Shown piece after piece: positions 8,199 through 16,162 of a stretch of DNA of 40,462 nucleotides. The stretch is from positions 336,554 through 377,015 of the forward strand of contig VMFR01000001.1 of the NCBI GenBank assembly GCA_007376135.1, given 5' to 3'. Numbering within the stretch: position 1 is the first letter of the stretch; every line of letters begins with the position of its first letter. The stretch is from Parcubacteria group bacterium Gr01-1014_31. GTDB lineage: Bacteria; Patescibacteriota; Patescibacteriia; Buchananbacterales; GWA2-38-13. Made by a program: the position numbers and the translations under genes. The notes beneath the pieces were generated by a model. That model did no database searches. It had not been told where the DNA came from and saw nothing but the letters and a program-made list of their open reading frames with translations.

Positions 8199-9380
8199 CT
8201 ATTGTACACGTTTTCCGCCTGCGTGCGGCACATGTCGCGAGATATTCAATAACAGCCCCGCGGCCGCGAGGTTTGCCGCCAGCGCGCTCCCACCGGCGCT
8301 GATGAACGGAAGCGGCAGCCCGGTCAACGGCGCCAGTCCGACCATGACGGCGATGTTCAAAAAACTTTGGAACCCGAGCCAGGTCGCGATGCCGACGGCC
8401 AGGAAGCGGCCGAACGGATCGGGCGCATCCCGCGCCACCCGAAGCGCGCGCAGGATGATGAAGGCCAAAAGGACGATCAGCCCGGCGGCGACGAAAAACC
8501 CCATCTCTTCGGCGACGATGGCAAAAATGGAATCGGCGCTGACCTCGGGCAGGTAGGCGAACTTCTGGTACGACTTGCCCAGCCCGCGGCCGAACCACCC
8601 GCCGGAGCCGATAGCGAGCTTTGCCTGCCGCAAATGGTAGCCGGTCCCCTGCGGGTCCAGGTCGGGATTCATGAAGACGAGCAACCGCTGCGTACGGTAG
8701 CCGCCCGACATCAGCACCATGCCGAGCAACGCCAGCGAAACAATGGCCAAACTTCCGACATACAGCAATTGCGCGCCGGAAACGTAGTAGACCGTCGCCA
8801 GGATGACGGCGACCACCAGCAGTGTGCCAAGGTCGGGCTGGAGCGCGATGAGGCCAAGGACGGCGGCCGTGAACGCCAGGAACGGCACCAGGCCGCGGCC
8901 GATACTACGCGCGTCATGGAACCCGATGCGCGCGAGCCACCCGGACAAAAAAATGAGCGCCGTTAGTTTGACCGCTTCCGCCGGCTGCGCCGTCAACGGC
9001 CCGAGGCTCACCCAGCTGCGCGCGCCATTCCGCACCTCGCCCAATCCCGGCACGAACACCAAAAGCAGAGAACCCAGGGTGAGCACCAGCCAAAAAACGC
9101 CCCACCGCTGCCAACGCCGGTAGTCCACGGAAAAAAACAGGGAGAACAGCAACAGCCCGGGGATACCGCCGGCCGCCATCTGGTAGAGGACGACCCGGTA
9201 CCAACTGCCAAACCGGGTGAATGAGTAGTAGGAAGACGACGACGCGAGCGCAAACAGCCCCAGGACGAACAGCAGCGCGATCGCGGCCAGCAGCGCGGTA
9301 TCGGGTGCGCCCTGGCCGTCGGTGCGGCGTCGGATGATGGAAAACTGACGGTACCGCATACGGACTGTTGCAGGGAGCAT
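8199..9380 (-). CDS. ftsW: SEDS-family peptidoglycan glycosyltransferase FtsW/RodA (dcw context points to FtsW)
   Basis: About 10 hydrophobic helices; QPAEAVKLT, QPDLGTLLV, GLPLPFISAGGSALAAN. Sits between murD and murG. Confidence 0.9.
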   Translation of the reverse strand: MLPATVRMRYRQFSIIRRRTDGQGAPDTALLAAIALLFVLGLFALASSSSYYSFTRFGSWYRVVLYQMAAGGIPGLLLFSLFFSVDYRRWQRWGVFWLVLTLGSLLLVFVPGLGEVRNGARSWVSLGPLTAQPAEAVKLTALIFLSGWLARIGFHDARSIGRGLVPFLAFTAAVLGLIALQPDLGTLLVVAVILATVYYVSGAQLLYVGSLAIVSLALLGMVLMSGGYRTQRLLVFMNPDLDPQGTGYHLRQAKLAIGSGGWFGRGLGKSYQKFAYLPEVSADSIFAIVAEEMGFFVAAGLIVLLAFIILRALRVARDAPDPFGRFLAVGIATWLGFQSFLNIAVMVGLAPLTGLPLPFISAGGSALAANLAAAGLLLNISRHVPHAGGKRVQ

Positions 9381-9399
9381 GAAGCGGGAAGTAAGGGTG

Positions 9400-10884
9400 C
9401 TATCGCCGAATCACTCGGATGGCGCGGTTAAATTGGTCACCCCGGTCGAATTCGTTGGTGAACATCCCGAACGACGCGCAGGCGGGAGACAGCAGCACGA
9501 TGTCGCCGGACACGGCCAAGCGGCGAGCGATGCCCGCCGCGTCCGCCATCGAATTCACGTCCGTCACCAGCGGAGACTGAAAATTTTCCCGCCGCAGGGC
9601 GCGGATAATACGAGCGCTCCCCTTCCCCGACAAGAGCACGACGGCCTTAACGGAACCCTTCATTTCGCGCGCGAGGGCGCGGAATTCGGCCTCCGGCAGG
9701 AGTTTATCGCTGCCGCCGGCCACCAACACGACGCGCCGGCGCGCGCCGAACGTCCGCAGGGCGGCGATGGCGGCATCGGGGGTCGTAGCCGTCGTGTCGT
9801 TGACGAAAGTTACTCCCCGGCGGCGGCAAACGACCTGCTGGCGGTACGGGAGGGGGCGGAACGCCGCGACCGCTTTCCGCAGGTCCGCGTTCGGTACGCC
9901 CATGATCCGACCCACGGCCGCGGCGGCCATCAAGTTGGAAAGGTTGTGGTCGCCCGGCAGATGCGATGCATAGGCGGGAACAACGCGCTGCGATGCTTTG
10001 CCCTCCCGCCAGACCAAATGACGGCCTCGTACCGTCAGGCACGGCCGCGTCGCGCCGCAGTGTCGGCCGAAGCGCACCACCCTCCCGCGGCAAGCGCGGG
10101 AAAACGCGCGCGTCGTCGGGTTGTCGGCGTTCACGACCGCCACGTCCCCGGGATGCTGGTGGGAAAATATCTGCCATTTTGCCGCCGCATAACTGGCCTG
10201 CGAACGGTAGCGGTTGCGGTGGTCGGACAGGACATTGGTGACCACCGCGACCTGCGGCGACATTTTCTGTTCGCCGAGGTTTTCCAGATGCCAAGAGGAC
10301 AACTCCAGAACCACCGGGGCAGCGCTCCGCCGCACGCGGTCCACGACCGAGAACATCGGGACGCTGGCGATATTGCCCGCCATGACCGTCCCGCGGAAAC
10401 GGCGGCGCAACATGGCCGCAATGAGCGCGGTGGTCGTCGATTTGCCGCGCGTGCCCGTCACTCCGATGATGCGCGAAGGCCCAACCAATTTGAAAAACAA
10501 CGTCGCTTCATTCTCAATACGCGCGCCGCTGCGGCGCGCCAACGCAAGCCAGGGGGACTCGCGCGGCACCCCGGGATTCTGGACCACCACCTCGGCCCAA
10601 CGGAAATCGGCAGCGCGGTGCCCGCCCAGCGCGAGCGTGAGGCACGGACTACGCGGTAATTGCCGCAGGCTGGATGCAAGCGCCGACGCGACCTTCAGGT
10701 CGGTGACCCGGACGTTGGCGCCATGCTGCACCAGCCAGCGCGCCACCTGCAGCCCCCCGCCGTGCAGCCCCAATCCCATCACCAGCACGCGGCGCGCGGC
10801 AAACCACGTCGGCGCAAGCGACGGCGCGCCGTTCAACTTGACGCTCGGCTGCCGCACGGGTAGGATTGCGGAGGTTGGGGGCAT
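9400..10884 (-). CDS. murD: UDP-N-acetylmuramoylalanine--D-glutamate ligase
   Basis: VLVMGLGLHGGG (N-terminal Rossmann domain), GVTGTRGKSTTTALIAAML, VVTNVLSDHRNRY. The N-terminal ~30 aa are uncertain and the real start may be downstream. Confidence 0.9.
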   Translation of the reverse strand: MPPTSAILPVRQPSVKLNGAPSLAPTWFAARRVLVMGLGLHGGGLQVARWLVQHGANVRVTDLKVASALASSLRQLPRSPCLTLALGGHRAADFRWAEVVVQNPGVPRESPWLALARRSGARIENEATLFFKLVGPSRIIGVTGTRGKSTTTALIAAMLRRRFRGTVMAGNIASVPMFSVVDRVRRSAAPVVLELSSWHLENLGEQKMSPQVAVVTNVLSDHRNRYRSQASYAAAKWQIFSHQHPGDVAVVNADNPTTRAFSRACRGRVVRFGRHCGATRPCLTVRGRHLVWREGKASQRVVPAYASHLPGDHNLSNLMAAAAVGRIMGVPNADLRKAVAAFRPLPYRQQVVCRRRGVTFVNDTTATTPDAAIAALRTFGARRRVVLVAGGSDKLLPEAEFRALAREMKGSVKAVVLLSGKGSARIIRALRRENFQSPLVTDVNSMADAAGIARRLAVSGDIVLLSPACASFGMFTNEFDRGDQFNRAIRVIRR

Positions 10885-10922
10885 TCGTTCGAACAGTTCA
10901 TTTCCAGTGCAGGGAGGATCCC

Positions 10923-11294
10923 ATGGCTGAAGGCGAAAGTATCACCCAATTGGCGAGTGCAGCGCGCACGTCATTGCGCCTGGCGCAACAGTACCGCGGC
11001 GGGCAGCGCGTCAAAGCGGCAGACGAAGGGCTGCGGGTCGCGGAACAGATCCGCCAGGCCGCAAAAGGCATCAAGGACCCCCAGGGGGAGCGCTACCTCA
11101 AGCAAATCCGCGCCGAACTGGCTGCGCTGCTCTGCTCGGGACTGACCGAGATCGCGCCGCAACTGGTGCGGGTTTCCGACCCGGGGAAACGCCGCCTCGC
11201 CATCACCGCGCTGCGCAAGCTGGTGGACGACCACGGGCTCAAGCCCCGTGACATCGGCATCACCGATACTGACCTCAAGGAACCTTCACCGTAG
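10923..11294 (+). CDS. Hypothetical 123-aa, probably all-helical protein, opposite strand to the dcw genes
   Basis: SD AGGGAGGATCCC then ATG at 10923 (internal to the listed ORF 10866-11294). G/C-rich third positions. Its 3' end overlaps the mraY stop region by 20 nt (convergent). Confidence 0.5.
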   Translation: MAEGESITQLASAARTSLRLAQQYRGGQRVKAADEGLRVAEQIRQAAKGIKDPQGERYLKQIRAELAALLCSGLTEIAPQLVRVSDPGKRRLAITALRKLVDDHGLKPRDIGITDTDLKEPSP

Positions 11295-12411
11295 ATGCAC
11301 CGCCATCCGGTGGCCACAGTGGTATGGCCCCCACCGATGGCGGGCTTTTTTTGTTCGGCGCAACCACCCACTGCTGGTCGACCAGAAACAACGCCACCCC
11401 CAGCGATGCCGTCACGCCGGCGATGACCCAGAACCGCATCACGATCTTTGACTCCGGCCAGCCGATGGCTTCCAGATGATGATGGATGGGAGCGGAAATG
11501 AACACTTTGCGCCCGAAGAACTTTTTGGCGGTGACCTGGATGAAGAACGAGAGGGATTCCACCACGAACAGCAGGCCGATGATCGGCAACAGCAACGCGT
11601 AGTTGGTCAGGAGCGCGATGATGCCCAGGGTGACGCCCAGCGACATGGCCCCGGTATCTCCCATGAAGAACCGCGCCGGCGGGATATTGAACCACAGGAA
11701 CGCGAGCAGCGCCCCCACAATGACGGCGCAGAACGTCGCCAGGTCGTACCGCCCGAGCGTGAAGGCGATGACCCCGTAGGCCGCGAACGCCGTCAGCAGG
11801 GTCCCGCCCGCCAGCCCGTCCAGCCCGTCGATCTCGTTGACCGAAAATGCGGTGCCGACGATGACAAAAATGAAGAACGGCACGTACCAGAGCCCAATGT
11901 CAAGATCGCCGACGAACGGCACATGCAGCTGCGTCCAGCCCAATTTGAAGTAGAACCAATACGCGCCCACGACCGCGATGGTGGTGTAGATGGCCAACCG
12001 CCGCCCCATCGTCAGTCCCCCGCCTTTGTGCGAATAGCTGTCCACCAGGTCATCGAACAGTCCGACCACGGCAGTCGCCAGCAGCGCACCGAGCGGCAGC
12101 AGCGTTTGCGCGCGATTGAGGAAATTGAAACGGCCGAACAGCTCCGGCTGCACTTTCGCGAGCACCGCGAAGAGGAACACTAGCAGCGCCGTTACCCCCC
12201 AGATCAGCACACCCCCCATCGTCGGCGTGCCTGCTTTGTGTTGGTGCAATTTGGAGAAGACCGGAGCCAGCGCGCTGCCGCGGATCTGCTTGCCCAGATG
12301 GAGCCGGTAAAGGACCGCCGCCCACGCGGGCGTCAACGCCATCGCCACGGTGAACCCCAGCGTCGTGAGCAGCAGCACCCGGATGAACTCATTGATGAAA
12401 TTCGCTCCCAT
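11275..12411 (-). CDS. mraY: Phospho-N-acetylmuramoyl-pentapeptide transferase
   Basis: HKAGTPTMGGVLIW, GLFDDLVDS, VNEIDGLDGLAGG, FFMGDTGAMSLG, SAPIHHHLE. Confidence 0.92.
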   Translation of the reverse strand: MGANFINEFIRVLLLTTLGFTVAMALTPAWAAVLYRLHLGKQIRGSALAPVFSKLHQHKAGTPTMGGVLIWGVTALLVFLFAVLAKVQPELFGRFNFLNRAQTLLPLGALLATAVVGLFDDLVDSYSHKGGGLTMGRRLAIYTTIAVVGAYWFYFKLGWTQLHVPFVGDLDIGLWYVPFFIFVIVGTAFSVNEIDGLDGLAGGTLLTAFAAYGVIAFTLGRYDLATFCAVIVGALLAFLWFNIPPARFFMGDTGAMSLGVTLGIIALLTNYALLLPIIGLLFVVESLSFFIQVTAKKFFGRKVFISAPIHHHLEAIGWPESKIVMRFWVIAGVTASLGVALFLVDQQWVVAPNKKSPPSVGAIPLWPPDGGASTVKVP

Positions 12412-12519
12412 ACCCCGTAGTACAACAGTTGAATGTCTAAATTTTGTAGCACCCAGAGAATAATTTCGGCTGTGTCGTCCTTCAGTCGCGCCAGTCCGTT
12501 GTCCTCGGAGTATGGCCAG

Positions 12520-12879
12520 CTAGCGCAGCACGGTTGCCGCCGCCAAGAACAAAATACCCTGAACCACGATGGCCACCCCCATCAGCAATGTCCCAACCAG
12601 CGGTTCGCGGCTGCGGTACAAGGTCCCAACCCCGTGATTGAGCGCAATGACAATGGACCCGGCCAGCGGCAGCAGGTAGGCGCGATACCACTCCCCGACG
12701 CGGTCGATGCCGAAGTAGAGCGTGTAGTGCAGGATGATGGGTTCCGCATGCGGCCGCACGCGCAACAGCACGTACAGCCAGACCAGCGCATTCAGCCCGA
12801 CTGCCGTCCAAAAAAACCGGCGCTGGGAAGTTCGCAGCGCGGGGATTCCGATGGGTTCCGCGGGACTGCGGGTTGCCAT
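12520..12879 (-). CDS. Hypothetical small membrane protein (about 3 TM helices), first gene of the mraY transcription unit
   Basis: Hydrophobic segments FFWTAVGLNALVWLYVLL, YLLPLAGSIVIALNHGV and LVGTLLMGVAIVVQGILFLAAA. G/C-rich third positions in this frame. Confidence 0.6.
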   Translation of the reverse strand: MATRSPAEPIGIPALRTSQRRFFWTAVGLNALVWLYVLLRVRPHAEPIILHYTLYFGIDRVGEWYRAYLLPLAGSIVIALNHGVGTLYRSREPLVGTLLMGVAIVVQGILFLAAATVLR

Positions 12880-12900
12880 ACCTGGGTGCGTAACGTGGCC

Positions 12901-12925
12901 AAAAAAGCCGCCAGCTCGCTGGTGG
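12901..12925 (-). terminator. Terminator-like hairpin plus U6 inside the leader of the 119-aa/mraY unit (possible attenuator)
   Basis: On the - strand: CCACCAGC-GA-GCTGGCGG followed by CTTTTTT, 20-45 nt upstream of the ATG at 12879. An alternative CCGCCA/TGGCGG pairing is possible. The stem has an A.C mismatch. Confidence 0.35.
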
Positions 12926-12957
12926 GTGTGCGCCAGATGGCGGATTCGTTAACTTTA

Positions 12958-12987
12958 ATTTTACCGAATTTATGCGGTACTTGTCCA
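12958..12987 (-). promoter_or_regulatory. Candidate sigma-70-type promoter for the 119-aa/mraY unit
   Basis: On the - strand: TGGACA, 18-nt spacer, TAAAAT. Confidence 0.45.
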
Positions 12988-13100
12988 CTCCGTTCTGGCG
13001 ACAATGGCCGCCAAGGGGGCCAAAGGTCCACGGCCTATTTGCCCATGCTGCCGGGCCGTCTTCTCCGCCTCCCGCCAAACCGCCATCCTTCTGACTTTTA

Positions 13101-13109
13101 TGGTATAAT
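13101..13109 (+). promoter_or_regulatory. Candidate extended -10 promoter for pilB
   Basis: TGGTATAAT (TG-n-TATAAT), 72 nt upstream of the pilB ATG. No good -35. Confidence 0.45.
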
Positions 13110-13124
13110 TATGGGACCAAAAAT

Positions 13125-13171
13125 GGGCTTGGGATAACCCGAAAAAGCCGCCCGCGAGGACGGCAAAGCCC
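13125..13171 (+). promoter_or_regulatory. Hand-folded three-way-junction RNA element in the pilB 5' leader
   Basis: P1 GGGCUU/AAGCCC encloses hairpins GGG-AUAA-CCC and GCCGCC-CGCGA-GG(A)CGGC. Direct repeat CCCGAAAAA x2 (13138 and 13169). Ends 9 nt before the AUG. Confidence 0.3.
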
Positions 13172-13180
13172 GAAAAACCC

Positions 13181-14929
<1,749 letters not shown>

Positions 14930-14980
14930 AGTTCGAGTGGGAGAGCTAGTAGCGCTTACTGCAAACCACAACGTACTGGC

Positions 14981-15030
14981 AATCCCTACCTACGGGGGAT
15001 CACCCGAAGGGTGACGAGCTAATTCCTACC
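14981..15030 (+). repeat. Direct repeat AAT(C/T)CCTACC x2 flanking a GC hairpin in the pilB-pilC spacer
   Basis: AATCCCTACC (14981-14990) and AATTCCTACC (15021-15030). Hairpin TCACCC-GAA-GGGTGA at 15000-15014. Confidence 0.4.
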
Positions 15031-15040
15031 AGCTTCAACT

Positions 15041-16162
15041 ATGGAGGGTTTACGAGCGGCCGCTGTTGAGCCGTCAAAACCAAGAAATCCATTTTCCCTC
15101 ATCGCCAAGCTGCGGGGGAAATTTGCGCGTATACCGGTTGCGCAAAAGCTCTTCCTGGTGCAGCAGCTCTCCATCATGGTCAAGACCGGGATCTCGCTGG
15201 CCGTGGCCCTAAAAACCATCGCCGAGCAGACCGGCAACAAGACCCTGAAAGTGGTGCTGTCCGACGTCCAGCACGAGGTGGAGCGCGGCAACACGTTCGC
15301 CAAGGGTCTGGAACGCCACCGCGCCGTCTTTGGCGACCTGTTCATCAGCATGATCGCGGGCGGCGAGGCCTCGGGCAAACTGGAGGAGGTGCTTAACCAG
15401 CTTTTCATCCAGCTCAAGCGCGACCACGCGCTGGTCGCCAAGGTGCGCGGCGCCATGATCTACCCGGCCGTTATCATCGTCGCCATGATCGGGGTCGCCA
15501 TCCTGACGATGATCTTCGTCATCCCGAACCTTTTGACCATCTTCGAAGAAGTGGACGTGCCGCTGCCGCTGGCGACGCGCATCCTCATCGGCATCAGCAA
15601 CGGCCTCACCTCCTACGGGATATTCGTCGTCCTCGGGCTGGCGCTCCTAATCACGGTCTTCGTTCGGATCGTGCACCTGCCCGGCGGGCGCTACGCGTAT
15701 CATTGGCTGCTGCTGCGCCTGCCGGTTGCCGGCGTCATCATCCGCAAGATCAACATCGCCCGCTTCTGCCGCACGTTCTCCTCGCTGCTGAAGACCGATA
15801 TCGCCATCATCCGCAGCTTCGAGATCACCGCCGACGTCGTCGGGAACGAACTCTACCGGCGGCTGCTGCGCGAGGCCAAGGAAAAGGTGAAGCGCGGCCT
15901 CAACATCAAGGAATCGCTGACGTCCGATATGCAGCTGTTCCCGCCGGTGGTCCTCCAGATGGTCGCGGTCGGCGAGGAGACCGGCGCGCTGGACAACGTG
16001 CTGGAGGAATCGGCGCAGTTCTACGAGAACGACGTCGACCAGACCATGACCACCCTGCCGTCGCTGATCGAGCCCATCCTGATCGTGGTGCTGGGCCTGG
16101 GCGTGGCCGGCATGGCCATGGCCGTCATTATGCCAATGTACTCCATCAGCCAGAACATCTAA
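15041..16162 (+). CDS. pilC: Type IV pilus platform protein PilC/GspF, full length
   Basis: Two GspF repeats (FISMIAGGEASGKLEEVLNQL and VLQMVAVGEETGALDNVLEESAQFY) with 3 TM segments. The stop is immediately followed by the next ATG at 16163. Confidence 0.9.
   Translation: MEGLRAAAVEPSKPRNPFSLIAKLRGKFARIPVAQKLFLVQQLSIMVKTGISLAVALKTIAEQTGNKTLKVVLSDVQHEVERGNTFAKGLERHRAVFGDLFISMIAGGEASGKLEEVLNQLFIQLKRDHALVAKVRGAMIYPAVIIVAMIGVAILTMIFVIPNLLTIFEEVDVPLPLATRILIGISNGLTSYGIFVVLGLALLITVFVRIVHLPGGRYAYHWLLLRLPVAGVIIRKINIARFCRTFSSLLKTDIAIIRSFEITADVVGNELYRRLLREAKEKVKRGLNIKESLTSDMQLFPPVVLQMVAVGEETGALDNVLEESAQFYENDVDQTMTTLPSLIEPILIVVLGLGVAGMAMAVIMPMYSISQNI

Noticed and set aside
9379-10659. 426-aa plus-strand ORF antisense to murD
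   Set aside because: This is a shadow of murD, which has clear Mur-ligase motifs. The shadow has no start context and an Arg-rich composition.
12433-13137. 234-aa plus-strand ORF spanning the mraY-pilB intergenic region
   Set aside because: It runs antisense to the better-supported 119-aa membrane ORF and through promoter- and terminator-like sequences. It has no SD or motif.
13158-13171. GACGGCAAAGCC in the pilB leader resembles the GACGCAAAGCC core of c-di-GMP-I (GEMM) riboswitches
   Set aside because: It has an extra G. I could not find the partner GGCAAAC/tetraloop-receptor half or the expected P1/P2 architecture. The aptamer would be too short and too close to the AUG. An Infernal scan is needed before any claim.
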